Shown here in pieces: positions 37,753-51,631 of a stretch of 64,000 bases of DNA (the first letter of the stretch is position 1; each line of letters starts with the position of its first letter). The DNA lies in the NCBI GenBank assembly GCA_004022145.1, contig RCNU01000012.1; one strand, written 5' to 3'. The position numbers were made by a program, and so were the translations under genes. The DNA is from Paecilomyces variotii. Lineage: Eukaryota. The notes under the pieces are model-generated. The model saw only the letters and a list, made by a program, of their open reading frames with translations, was not told the DNA's origin and searched no databases.

Positions 37753-39674
37753 CTACCGGGGGTCAACAGTATCGAAAGAAATGAGGCCATTAAAATCGGC
37801 CTGATTGCTATTCGGATGTTGACTTTGCAATCCTTGCATCGCGAAGTCGAACCCGGAGCCATCCAGCCCACCCGGAGACGACAGGCCTAGGTTGAGATTC
37901 TGCTTCGAGTACATCTCGCTCAGCATTGTGCCATCATCCGAGAAGGTAGACGGGTGTTCGCTACCCAGGGCCAACATGTCTGGAGTCGGGCCATGGTGGA
38001 TGGTCGAGAGGGGTGGTGACTGATCTGCGATCAGAGGGTCGGCTGGGCCAACGGTCGAGACTGGGGACGCTGTTTGCATCATCATCTTAGAGTGGTCCAC
38101 CATCGGAGACGGAGACATGAAGCCAAGGTTATACTGAGCGCCCATGTTAGTAACAAGAGACATCGGCTCAGATGTACGCCCTGGTGCGAAGAACGAAGGA
38201 CTGGCAAAGTCCGAAGTGGAGGCTGTCGTGGTAGCTGACATGGGGTACGAGCGGAAGTCCATCCCATAAGCACCTGACGTGTCAATACGCAAATTTGGTG
38301 CCAACGGTTGAGCGGACTGAGGAATAGGAGCGAAAATGCTAGGGTCAGGCGTGAACTGAGTCGTTGGCTGCTGCATGTGGAACGATGGCATCGGGTTCTG
38401 CATAGCAGAAAAGTCAATGGCAACCGGCACAGACCGACTGCGTTGGCGCTTGTGTCCGCGACCAGCCTGCAAATGCATCGGGAAGTGGTTCTCAGGGTAC
38501 ATTCCCATGAAGTTCTGGGCCACATGGTTTGGCTGTGAGGCCGGACGGTGGATGACAGGAGACGACATGGGAGCAGACATCGGATAATGGTTGAAAGCCA
38601 GACGGTTCTGAAATGATTCAAGAGACACAAGCTTCGCAAGCTGAACGCTCAGGACTTTAGGATGACCTCCGAGGTGATGGACTAAGATCTGGCTGGCCTG
38701 CTGATCTTCCGTGAAATCTCCACACTGGTAAAATCCGCCTGAGTTCGACGAATCCATGTAGAACAACGGCGGCCGATTCAACTCGACAATGAGACCACCA
38801 GGCCGTGGTGGGGTACCGTTGGCATTAGGCGTTTGGTCGCCAGATTCAAGAGTGATGTTTTTGATATGGGAAAAGGGGTATTCGATTTTGTACCCTGCAG
38901 AATCGTTGTTGATATAGTAGGTCATACTGGCCTTCTCTGGGGAGTAGAAAATAACCAGATCCATCGCGTTTTGTCCAACGCGGCGCCAGCTGCCAATGCT
39001 CAGAGAGCGGCAGGTAAAGTGATGAATGACTGCGATTCAATCAGTAACCTCAGGGCAAACAAATTTTGCGATCTCGCAACATACCGATTTTGCCGGAGTG
39101 CGCAGATTCACCGTTATACGCTCCAGCAGTGCCGTATCCTCCCAGGCCGCTCGTGCGACCAAAAAGGTCTCTGGTTCCAGGTTTATTTGGGTCAAATTGC
39201 ATAGCCAGGTATTGACGCATTGATTCCGGGATCGAATCGCAGTCTTCGCCAGTCTCGATGCTCTTTTTCGCGATCATCTTGATCTTGGCTCGTCTATCGC
39301 AAAGAATCAGTTCTTAGCCCCCAGAGCGCATGACACAATAACCGTCCAAGACTGTCCTACCTGTTCTGGAACCAGATCTGCACCGATCGTTCCGTCATGT
39401 TGATCTCCTGCGCTATCCTTTCACGGACGGCAGCTGTCGGAGTGGGGTTCTTGTTGAACTCGAGCTCGAGCGTGACCAATTGATCCTGGGTCGCCCGCTG
39501 ACGTTTCTGGTTCTTCTGCTGCTGCGTCAAGGTGCTCTTTCGCGCTGGACGACGAGAGCCAGACTGCGATGCAGGGGCGGTCGAGCTCGAGTTCGATGGC
39601 GAGGGGGTGGAGGCCGTAGGCGTCGTAGTTGCCGACGTCGACGACGACGGGGCGGGAGTGTCTGTCGAAGACAT
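37753..39674 (-). CDS. rfeB: Homeobox transcription factor, Pah1/KAL-1/Phx1 (Aspergillus RfeB-type) family
   Basis: Exons 39674-39361, 39293-39085, 39029-37753. Homeodomain [54 protein letters not shown] followed by the [21 protein letters not shown] domain. The symbol is from family recall. The C-terminus may be cut short by a 1-nt indel (see findings). Confidence 0.85.
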
Positions 39675-42600
39675 AGTTCAGGATATATATAAAGAAGAAA
39701 CCGGGTCGACGATCAGAGATGGGCGTTATCCGGGATGCCGGATCCGCCGTGATCGGGTCGAAAGAGTAAATCGAGAAGAGGCCAATTCGTCTGTCTCGAA
39801 GCCGCCTCAAGCGCGCAAGAAAGACAGTCAAAGGAATGGAAGCCCTGCTCCGCGACCGGACGACGCGAGTCCGTCCGGTTGTCTTTTTGGGATCGAGAAG
39901 CCGTGCTGACAGGCGTGGACAGGCGATGAAGGAAGAAGCTGACCTAGGCAGCTGGAGTGTAGAAGACGAGGCCGTGAGGGCGAGTTGAGTCGGAAACGAC
40001 TGAACTGGGCTGGCACGAAGTGAGTGTCCTGGCAGTTGTAGTTGTAGTAGTCTTGTGTGGTAAAAGCTGGTCAGGCAAAGGTGAGAACGGTAGGGACCGA
40101 TCGAATGAATCGAAGAGAGCCGAATGAGCGGTATGGACGCCGTAAAGGAGTGAACGGACGATCCGTGAGGCAGGAAAAGAGAAAGGAAAGGAAAGAAACG
40201 GGAGGGAAAGATGGACAGCAGGTAGGGTCGGAGATGACGTTGGAGGATATGAAAGATTGGAGGAGAGAAAGGGAAAAGGAAGGCGAAGAGAGGGAGAGAG
40301 ATCGTGAGGGACTGACTGACTGGGCTGGGCAGCGAGGAGAGAGAGGGCGCGACAGGGCCCAGCGGGCCGGGAGGGAGTGGACGGGTTCCTAAGCCCGGCG
40401 GTTGGTGGGCTGTACCAGATGGTACGGTCTTGTTCCTGTCTGGTTCCTGGCATTATTTTGCCCTGGAGGGGGAAGAACGGCGGCCTGACTGGTGGACCGT
40501 GCGAGGCCTGAGACCGCCTTTGCGGACCCTGCGGAGGGCGGTCAGGCCTGCCCCAGGAGCAAAAAGTCAGGAAAAACACACCGAATTGCCCAACTTTGCC
40601 TGTCTGTCGTCCTCTAGTTACCATACCCATACCATACCATACCGTAGGTACCGTATCTAGGTACCCTCTCTGCGCTGCCGCCGTTGTCCGTCTGTCGCCC
40701 TATTCTACTTTTTTACTACGTACTACTTTGGCTCTCGAATCGGCTTGGAGCACCACTCCAGAGTCCAGGGAGAAAGACCACCCTGCCTTCTTCTCCACGA
40801 CATCATCCCACCGCTGACGGGTTAGGTATTACATTCGTGTCCCCAGTATGAGTTGCACTATATCAATCATTCACGTCCTCATACAGAAGGTGAGATAATC
40901 CTCAAGAGGTAAATAGACACCTAATGATACGGTCGAGGACTCCAGAGACTCCATAGGCTGGTGTAAGTCCAGTGACGAAAGAACTACTGGGCTCAACATG
41001 GATCAACCAGTTGTGCTCCGTCCACCCTCAGTGGTATCACGGTTACGACGATACGAAAACCCTCGCCAATCCACGGGTGAGTGATGCTGGCTGAGGCAGT
41101 TGTTTTGCTCCGCTGTGCCTGTTGTTGTTCCTGCGCACACCTGTATCATGAGAGCAGCACTTGATTGGACATGAGAGCCAGAATACAGTTACCAATGGAG
41201 CAGACGCTGCAGACAAGGTTGACCACGTAGGTACGCCTGGGACACAGAGTGGTGCCACGGCATAGCAAGCATTCTAGAGGACAGCATCGGGTGCATGGTT
41301 GATCTCCAATGCAGGGCGAGAGAGCGTCCCGTTGCCCTGGCTGGCTGGCGACAAGGCGCATCGCTGCGAACAGGAAAACTCGTCCATTTCCTGTCAATGC
41401 AGGAGTCACGTTTCACTCGGGGAATAATGGCCGAGAATTTTGTCTCTATCAATTCTTTCCTTTTTATCGACGACGATTGATATCAAGAGAAGAAAGGCAA
41501 CGACAGCGGCACCCTTCTCGCCACCAGCAAGGGGAAAGCTCATGCCAGATAGAGGACTCCCTATCATTATTTGCATAGATAGACCCGTGCTTTCAACAAT
41601 ACCATAATCCTTCTATAGAGGCTTTCGGACATCAAACGGAAACCAGCTCTGCGCTGGGCGGGGCGTTCTTCGTTGGGATCCAGTTCTTGTTGCACTGGTC
41701 CGCCGCCAACAAGACTGGTAGAAGACGATCGTTCTCGATAGAGGAGAGGCCTATGCAGCGGCGGATGCGCCTCGAACACCGGAAGCCATGATGAGCCAAC
41801 TGACTTCTAAACAAAGACAAGTTGTCGCGTGCAAAGTTTCACGTCCGCGCCCCCGGGGCACACAAGGGATCATCCAGGTACATAAACTTTGTCAAGGATG
41901 CATTTCTTTTCGTATTGTATCAGGAAGCCATTGCGTAACACGGCGGCAAGCCAGTGTTTACAGCACCTTTTACTTGTGCAACAATCTGAACCTTCAGGTA
42001 GTAGAAGACCGGTACCTTGGATGAAGGGTTCTTCGGTCAGTCTCGACCACTTCTATCCTTGGATTCTAGCGGGTATCTGTGACCGGGACGCGCGACTCGG
42101 GATCAACAGAAACCGCCAAGGGTGTCCCCCTGAAACGTGCAACAGGTTTCGACGGCGTCTGACGGGAGTGCGCGTCCGCTCCCCTCCGTGTTGAAGCCCG
42201 CATTGGTCCACTTGGCGGCGGCCACTTCCAGCCTAGCGTCAGGTACCCGCGGATCGCTCGCACTCTGGGCTGCGCTCATTGGACACTCGGTTCTGACAGC
42301 TGGAGATGCACGATGCTGGCGCCTCAGAGGCTGGCCTTGGACAGATCATATCCACCGTTCAGAAACACGGCAGCCCATCCACGGTTCGATACGCGCTGCT
42401 CTGCTCAGATCCTGCTGCAAAGTTTGCGCACAGATATAGAACCGCGTGATTAAGTTAACCGTCGAAGATGTCAAGCAGTATCGCCGTAGCACTGTCGCTT
42501 CCAGAACAACATCAAGATGGACCAAGGCCAAGAAGAACAATCAGGTGGGATGCAAGACGGAGGATGCCCCGCAGAGCCGTCGGGACGCGGAGCTTCTCTG

Positions 42601-45600
42601 GCAGTTCCGGGCCAAACGGCCAAACTGGAATTGGCGTAGTGATGGCCCAGAACGGGAAGATGCTAAAGCTACTAAGACGTTCGATCGATTTGTGAGAGAT
42701 CCGCTGCGTGTGGGATACCGAGAAGTCCGCGAAGCACGAATGGCAGGCAAGGGTGCCTTGTCTGGCCTCCCGCGCTTCTTGGAGGTCTTCATCACTGGCA
42801 AAACCTCGGACCTGTAGAATGCTTAGTCGTCAGGGAGGAGAAGCAAAGAGAGCCTTGGAACATGTGACCGGTTTGGCAGTAAGCCAACGTACCTCGATTT
42901 CGTCTCTCGCTCGCTCTCTCTTGGGGTGGGTAAAGGCATCTGTGCCCCATTGTGCGACGGTTAGATGCTGCTTAGAGACACGTTTGTGCTTTATGTTGCA
43001 TCTCTGCAACATCAACATTGCGCCGCCGTATCCTCCATCGTGGATCACTCGTCTATGCCCAATTATAAGTCTCGATTTTTCTCGATTGACGTACTGCAGT
43101 TGTTTTTTGTTTCGGGGGCTGGACAATGGGCGCGCGCACTCAAGCTTCCAGGTCAGCTCGGATCGTTGCAACTGAATGGCGATGCCAGGAAATTTTGCTG
43201 TGGCTCCCTTCGGGCCTGCTTCCTTGCGAATGAGGAAATGACCCAAGAAAGAAAAGAACTTTTCTTTCTCGCTCACGGAACTGAAGGGTTAAATATTAAC
43301 AACTTCGGCCTTTATCAGAGCCTCAAGGGGCTCAACGTTGATGCAACGCTAACGGATGTTGCTGCTAGATAGCGAACTATTGTATTTATTCATTCTTAGT
43401 TCCGCAATTATAGGCACAGTGGACTGGTGATCCTCAAAAGACAGCAGCGCACTTAGCCATTGACATGTTATGCTGGCATTTGCGTTTCGACTGCGTTTTG
43501 CAGTCATTCCCACAATGGCATTCTCTAACGATCTGGCACCATCTGCTGCCTCTCGAAAGTCTCAGATATCAACCGAAAACTTTTTATTACGCATTGAAAC
43601 CCGGAGTCAACCATCCAGCTCTAGTTTAGAGTCGTGTCCTATAGTGGTAATCTGTCCGCTGTTTTAGGGTATAATGACGGCAGCTAATCTCATGGGACGG
43701 ATGGCATCGGCCACAATATGTGCTCTAAGCCTCTAACTGTCCAAAATTGGATTATGGCCGGCACTATCAGCCTTCTCTCACTCGCTGTCCCGTTTTCTGA
43801 TTTCCTTCCAAATGTTCTGTGTGCATCTATCAGCTCTGAGCGGTGAAGGATACCTGTGCACAAGGGAAAAGAGCACCGAGGCAGACCCCACTGTTCACAG
43901 TCCTTATCTACAGACGTCCCAGGCACTCTTAAAGTATAGGACAAGGTTTCAACTATTGAACCAGACTTCAACCGCTCTATGCGATCTCACAGGATGGTGC
44001 GACCGTTTACTTATGTGCGGGGTAAGATCGACATTCGACGTTTGATCCGCGACTGTACGAGTCCAGCATAGTTCGTTCCATGGTCCATGCTCGATGGCTT
44101 TACATTGTGGTTATCAAGAGCAACTTCAAAATTCGACCCTTTGAACCGTCTGGTCCAACTGTTTGGCCTCAATAATCACGCCGGTCTTGATTCTCCTCTT
44201 CGATGTGATCACCCGCGGCCAACCTCATATGAGTTTCACATATCGCTAGACCACAGGCTACCGATTTCCCAATATAAGATGCCAAGAGTGGTAGCCATAA
44301 CCCCTGTTACACGCATGAACCGTTATGACTGTTATAGATGGGTCGATAAGATGTGCGAAACGGATTGCACGGGACATCAATCTATTATGGGTGACCTTTG
44401 GAGTAAGCTTGTTTCACCCACCAAACATGCTCATCCAGTGGTCACTTGAACATGGCAAAGGCGCTCTCGATTGTGGCTCCCATTCTCCTATTGAACAGAT
44501 TAACTTAGTCATGGGCAGATGGGCATACATAGAATAGTTACTATTAATGATTCTGCGCGGGGCTTCGGTGGAATCTATCATCTGGGCACAATCTGAAGAT
44601 GACACAGCCCATTTATCCAGCGTCAGGCGAGTCTCACCACCGCCTACTAAGTAATTAGCATTACTAGGTACTCTAGTCAGCCCAGAATCTGTAACGCAGT
44701 CCTAAATATGCCACATACGGGAGGTGACTCGGGCGCAGTAGAAGTTGCGGTGGCGGTTTATCCTTACTCTATACACCGTGAAAGGCTCCCAGGCTAACAT
44801 TGATAGCTGTACATGGTAACTGCTTCTAGTCAGGTAAGGGCGAGAGCTTCGCTTAGAAGAGTAAGTTATACTAAATTGATGCAGTGCTGCGCCACTACCT
44901 ACGCGCAGGAGACTTGAATACTCTGCGTTGCGGAGAATCTTTAAAGCTGAAGCCTTGGCAGTGACTATCGCATTAAGATTCATGCTTTGATTCTTGCGAC
45001 CATAATCGCGAGAGAGGATATCGTCGACTATTCAATTGTGTGAGTTTTCTGTCTGGGAGACTAGGATGACTATCTATCTACCTTCCCATATTTGTCGTAG
45101 ATTCCGTCAGCAGACGGAGTGCTCCTGCTGCTAGGATACTCAAACAAGTCTTCCCCCTGCGATCTGGTGGTGAGATTCTCCAGGGTGGAGTCGTTTCCGA
45201 TACCCCTTGGGACCTCTGAACGACGATCATATGCGCAGTCGGTGTGATACTGGAATTATTTCTAATAAAGGTCGCGGACAAGGAGCGCTCTGACTAGCCG
45301 TCTCCTTCTTTCTTACTCTCCGGCCTTTGACTTGTACAGTACGACAGTGTCACCGTTGGACTGCTGAGTTCTGCGTCTTCTCCATATCCGTTCCATCGCG
45401 TTTCCTATCGCAGCAGAGGCCAAGTTCGAACATTCTCTTGTCATTCTCTTGATATTCCTCCAGAAAGTAAGTTCCCAATGCTAAACGGCCAGGCTTGATT
45501 CGTGGATGGCTTCTCTTGAGCTCGCGATCCGATCGATGTACGCCTGGCTCTAGGCTGACTGACGGGCCAATCCGACCACCGAGCGGCGATGGCTAACATG

Positions 45601-45667
45601 GCCGGCAGTAGCGCTTGGCACGGACGCTGCACGTAAAAAGTTCCCGGGCGCCGCTGGATCGAGAACT

Positions 45668-47638
45668 ATGTACTCGAACAACAGTGTCATCGAGGAAGTA
45701 GATGCTCCCATAATGTCGACGTCCACTTCCTTTCCTAAATACGAGTCCACATTTCTTCCGCTCGCTCCCGATCCGGAACGGGAGATTGTGTCTACCCGCG
45801 GCCAGCATTTGCCAGGCATTTTGCGACGGTTCTCGGGGGCGAGCTTACAGCAACCGTCATCATCGCCATTTTCCGATGGTGCCACTGGAATCGGCGAGTT
45901 CGATAGCAGACTCTCCGATTGGGAAGGGTTTGCCGCTAGGAACGACGATATCGAGACCGGGAACTGGGTGAGGGATGTTCGATTGCTGTCGCACCGGGCG
46001 CTGGGAGATGCTTCTTCAGAGCTTCTTCCTCCAGACGGGGAGGCCGTCCAGCCGATCAAGCGCAGTGCGAGATTGATTGGGAATATTGGGCCGCGGTATC
46101 CATGGTATGTTTTCTGTGGTACCTCTCGTGCATGTGTGAAGCGGTTCACTGCGGATCGCATGGCGCAGTCCTCCTGAAGTCGGCTCACGATGGATTGGTG
46201 ATTCAGGGAGCAATTCTACACACCGCCTGAGAAACTGAAGAAGCTTCGTACCCCAGTGTACGTCCTCTTTGCTTGAGATCCTTTTTTATTTGCGTAGTAT
46301 TCAGCTGATATTCATTCTAGTCGGAATTATTACGAGCGGATGAACTTTCTGATCACTCGATACCTCTTCATTGACCGAATGCTGAGCTCGTCAATCGCAC
46401 AAGAACTTATCGAAGATTATGAGCAGAAGCATAAGAATTCTCGAAACCGCCTGCACACGATTGCTGAGGAAGCGCCGGGAACTCCCCAGCCTGTTTCTCC
46501 CCCCGACTCGCGTCAAGGTTCCCGGGAAGGATCATCGGCCGAAGGGATAGAGAACAACAGCGATGGAAGGACAGCAGGCGTGAGCGTCGATCAACCTGCT
46601 GGTGAAACCACTCCTCTGCTGTCTTCTCGCTCTGACGAGCATCCTCACCCAACGGCTGGTGTGAGAAGCGGCCCAGTTGAAAGCACGAATCGCATTGTCA
46701 TTCTTGCCATCTATGTCAATCTGATAGCGAATGTCCTTCTGCTGGCCTCGAAAGTCGTCATCACACTCATGACGAGCTCCGTATCAGTTCTTGCGAGTCT
46801 GGTAGATGCTTCACTGGACTTTTTGAGTACGGCCATCGTATGGTTCACGACCAGACTCACAGCAAGGCGTGATCGATACCAGTATCCAGTTGGCCGTAAC
46901 CGTCTGGAGCCTATTGGTGTGCTTATTTTCGCGACGATCATGATAACCTCTTTCTTCCAAGTTGGAATCATATCCGTACAGAAATTGGCATCAGATGACC
47001 ATGAGGTTGTCAGGCTTGGAGTTCCTGCGATCGCAATCATGGGCAGTACCGTGGCTGTCAAGTTGCTCTGCTGGGTATGGTGCCGAAATATCAACAATTC
47101 GAACGTTCAAGCCCTAGCACAGGACGCCATGACCGATGTCATTTTCAACGTCTTCAGTATCATCTTTCCCTTGGGTAAGTTCATAACTCTCCTCCTCAGA
47201 CTTGACTCCAGTGGACACAGCAGCTAATACCAAACAGTGGGTACTTTCACAAACACTTGGTTCCTTGATCCTTTGGGTGGTCTCTTTCTGTCCCTGTATA
47301 TCATGATGAATTGGGCCAAGACCGCCAGAGAACACGTTCATCATCTTACGGGCGCTGCTGCCAGCTCCGATGATCGTAGTGTCCTCATCTACCTGGTCAT
47401 GCGCTTTGCGGAGAGTATCAAGTGGATCCAGGGTTTGGAGGCCTATCACTCAGGAGACAAACTCAACGTCGAAGTCGATGTCGTCTTGGACGGCAACACC
47501 ACCTTGCATGACAGCCACGATATCGGAGAGAGTCTGCAATATATGATCGAGAGCATCCCGACGGTCGATCGCGCATTCGTCCACCTGGATTATGCTTACT
47601 ACAACCTTCCTACTCATTTTGAACGAGAAGCTCGGTGA
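45668..47638 (+). CDS. Cation diffusion facilitator, Mn-CDF (MTP8/MTP11-like) clade
   Basis: Exons 45668-46104, 46207-46257, 46321-47174, 47238-47638. SVSVLASLVDASLDFLS (DxxxD, TM2), YQYPVGRNRLEPIG, ALAQDAMTDV (DxxxD, TM5), and C-terminal HDIGESLQ...VDRAFVHLDY domain. Confidence 0.9.
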
Positions 47639-48406
47639 GTGATAAAGGAGGCGTAAGCTCTACAATTCTGAGACGGTTTGCCGTGAAGATCTCCCGTGGG
47701 AATAACATCGTCATGGTTTATATTCGAGGCAAGCAAGTTCTCGTCAGTTGCTGGTTTATAAAGATGAAGGCTCAAGACAAGCGTTCTGGACACTGCCTGG
47801 CCTGGATCAAAAGGCGATTCAGCATTCATCAATAGAAGGGGCAGGAAATGTCAATATAGATTTCTCCTATCCTACGATACCCTTATTTTTTTTTACCTCC
47901 TTTTTTGGCCGTTTGGGATTGTTTGGTTAAGAGGGTTTTTGGAATGGAGGTTGAGACTATGGTGTTAGACCCTGGATATTCCGTATAAATCGATATCCAT
48001 AAAAGAATATATATATATATACAATGTTAACAAACCCCAAAATTCATGTCTATTCCATTTCACCTAACACAAAGTTTGCGTCGAGTAGAGAGAGCAATGG
48101 TTGTGCGATACTACGATATACGGTCAGCGGTAAACACCACCAACGCAACAATTCCTGATGTGGAAATATCGGTTCCGCACAAGCTCGAGATGTGCGGTTA
48201 GGCCAGCTGTACCCCGGACATTTGGTTTAGCAGTCTCTCTGGTCAAAAACAAACAGAGACCAAACAGAAACAAGTCCTTCGTCAATCCTTCGATCCCCCT
48301 ACACTTCACCGCCGTCCCAACAAACCGGCAAAGAACTCCTACTCCTGCGGACCTTCACGCTCATCACCTCCGCCGCCGACACATCTCCTACTAGCCATCT
48401 ACCGCG

Positions 48407-50568
48407 ATGGCCGCTGCAGCAGTGCAGTCCATAAGCTCATTGCTGCAACGAGCAACGATCGAAGACCATGAAGAAGTACTGAAAACATGCAACGCGGCAC
48501 TTAAAAAATCCAAAAACGACACACAGGCACAACATGTCAAAGTTGTAGCTTTGTTGAATCTCGATCGATACGATGATGCATTGCGGGTCATTGAAGAGGG
48601 CGGGGACGCGCTCAAGAAGAGAGCTGCGTTGGAATATGCTTATGCGCTTTATAAGTCGGGGAAGCTGAGTGAAGCCGTGGACGTTGCGGCCAGATCGGGT
48701 GCGGGGAGAGGGGCTAAGCATGTGGAAGCGCAGGCGGTACGTATTATCTTAATTGTGATTTTGGGACTATGGAAGTATGGTGTATGATTTTGGGGAGATT
48801 ACTTTTGCTGATGGGTGATTCGATATAGTCATACCGTGCTGAGGACTTCGTTCGAACTGCTGCGCTTTATGAGGAACTTTCCCGCGATAAGGAGTCGTTG
48901 GGCAACGAGGAGAACGATCTGCGTATCAATTCCTGGGCTACGGATGCTCAGCTACAATGGAAGCGACAGACGGATGCTGTGCGGCATAAGAGACCGTCGA
49001 GGGAGGATCTGGAGTCATTCGAGACGGTTTACAATGCGGCATGCGGGAGTCTGGCGAGAGGGGATCTCAACGAAGGCGCACTGCTGCTGAACAGAGCGAA
49101 AGGTCAGCAAATGAAACTTGATTCTGAGAGATTGGAATGGTTATACTGAGAGATAACAGAGCTTTGTAAGACTACGGAGGATTTGACACCAGAGGATAAG
49201 GTTGCGGAATTGCTGCCCATCGCTGTGCAGCAACTTTACGTCTTGATCCGGCAAGGGAAGTTGGACGAGGCGGAAGAGCTGATTAAGGAGATATCTGTCA
49301 ATGAGTATGTTGACTGCAAATTGGATTTGTTCGAGAGGGGAGCTAACTCGATTGCCAGAATCTCGGAACTTTCTACGAAGAAGATCGCCCAGAACAATAT
49401 AATCCTAGCTGGCCGGACACAGGCAAATCCCTTCCTTCTCTACAAGGCATTCCACGAGACGCCTTCTTCGACAGACGGTGACAAGCTCTTTGACTTCCAG
49501 AACAAGGTCATGACGGCAAATTCATATTCTGCGGAACTACTGGTGCAGAAATATGACGGGGTGATTCGATCTACGTCAAAGGCGCTTTCTCAGCACCCCT
49601 CGCCTTCAGTTTCGGGAGACGTGAACCTCCTCTCCGTGTACAATGCAGCAGCCCATGCGCGGGAACAGGTGGGCCAGAAAGGTCTGAAGGAGATTCTACC
49701 TCTACTCGAGAACCGACCTAAAGATATCGGGCTGGTCCTGACCGTGGTCCAACTGTATGTGGCCGTTGGTAACATCACGGCTGCTATTGGTACGTTAGAG
49801 AGTCTATTACGCAGACTGGATGAATCAATCTCAGAAGACGACCACGATGCACGATTCAATCCAGGACTGTTGAGCGTGCTTATTGCTCTTTACAAGCGTG
49901 AAGGCCGCAGAGTTCAGATCAGGTCGGAACTTGCCAAAGCCGCGACTCATTGGCATCAACGATCAAACCCGCCAGTTACTCTTCTCCGGGCCGCAGGTGC
50001 ATCTCTTCTGCATTCCTCAGACCCCTCAGATCTCTCACAAGCGGCCGTACTGTTCAGCAGCCTTCGCCAGCAGGATCCGTCTGATCGATTCGCTCTAGCA
50101 GGCTATGCTGCTTCGCATGCGACTCTAGACCCATCCAAGGTCGAAGCCGAAATCGAGAAACTGCCCTCGGTACAGGAGCTGGTATCAGATGTCGATGTCG
50201 CAGCTTTGGAACAAGCTGGTGTCCCCCTGTCCTCTGTGACCGTCGCAGCCGCGGCCGCGGCCTTCGCCGGTGCAAGGAAGAGACCTGCAAGCGACAAAGA
50301 GGGCGCAGCAAAGAAGCGCGTGCGGAAGTCCCGTCTTCCCAAAGACTACGACCCCAACAAGACAGCCGACCCAGAACGGTGGTTGCCACTGCGTGACCGC
50401 TCCACGTATCGGCCCAAGGGCAAGAAGGGCAAGCAGAGAGCGGCTGACAGAACGCAGGGTGGCGTTGTCAATGAGAAGACAGAGGAAGCTGCACAGCAGC
50501 AGAGATCGCAGACACCTAGCGGTGGAGGCGGCGCAAGTTCGAAGAAGAAGAAGAAAGGAAAGAGGTAA
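48407..50568 (+). CDS. SRP72: Signal recognition particle subunit SRP72
   Basis: Exons 48407-48736, 48829-49102, 49160-49304, 49359-50568. TPR N-terminus (KVVALLNLDRY, LEYAYALYK, YNAAC) and RNA-binding LPKDYDPNKTADPERWLPLRDRSTYRPK. Confidence 0.95.
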
Positions 50569-50959
50569 TCTAGACGCTTCCTTGTGGATGGTTAGGGGAA
50601 TGGTTTTATCATCTTGCATTATCATGGCTAGAGACTCATGTTTTAAAAAGGCCCACTTATATCTAGAATCGAGGCTGAAACTGTTACTTAGCCTCTTTTA
50701 CAATAAAAACGAGCTCGAAATAGAGTCTACACTACATTATCTGATATAGAAGCTCTGTAGGAAGTAAATATGGTTCCTGGCGTAGCTGTATATAGTTCAT
50801 GACATGCTGGAAATCGTGTTTGATAGAACTATATTAGCATTACATTACTATCATTTCATCATACTCAATCTCGATCCAATATAACCCCCAAGTAACAGCC
50901 AAATTAAACACCACGGCAAACATAACCCCAGCTAAGAAAACGCCTAGCAATCAACCCTT

Positions 50960-51591
50960 TCAACCAAGTGGTGTCCGAATCGTCCCACACTGCCTATCGT
51001 GCTGCTCAAATATCATCCTCGACACCCTCAAATCCTTAATCGCATCCTGCACACTCGTCTTCACCGGCTTTCCATCTACCACCGACGCATAAAGAGCCTT
51101 GAGTTCTTCCACATATGCATCCTGCTCAGTACCGCTGCTCACCACTTCTCTCTTCCTCACCTGTCCATCATTCTTGACCTCGTCGACAACGACCTGTACC
51201 AAATTCGGCGACTTATACTCAATGCTCACTGTCTTGTTCGACCCATGAACGACGAGACATGCATCTTGCCGCGGGATAGAGTCCACTCCAGACTCATACA
51301 CCACGGGAAAGACCCGCTCGTGACTATCATGATAGTAGAGCGAAGCCGAGTAAAATGGATCATTAACAGTAACCCCCACGACTGCATCAGGTAGACCGAA
51401 CAACTCCCTTATTAATGATAGATCATGACATCCCAATGAGCAGAGGAATCGACACATCGAGACCCGTTCCGGAGTAACGTCCTGGTAAATAAACGTCTCT
51501 TGGAGCAACGTATGGAAAAGTTCCACGACTCCTTCCTCCCTCCCGGAGGGAGGTTCCGGACCCGTCGCAAGGGTAGAGGAAGAAGAAGACG

Positions 51592-51631
<40 letters not shown>

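Noticed and set aside
41889..43372. Cluster of 100-155 aa ORFs on both strands in the large intergenic gap
   Set aside because: Mutually overlapping, mostly non-ATG starts, no domain motifs or coding-like composition.
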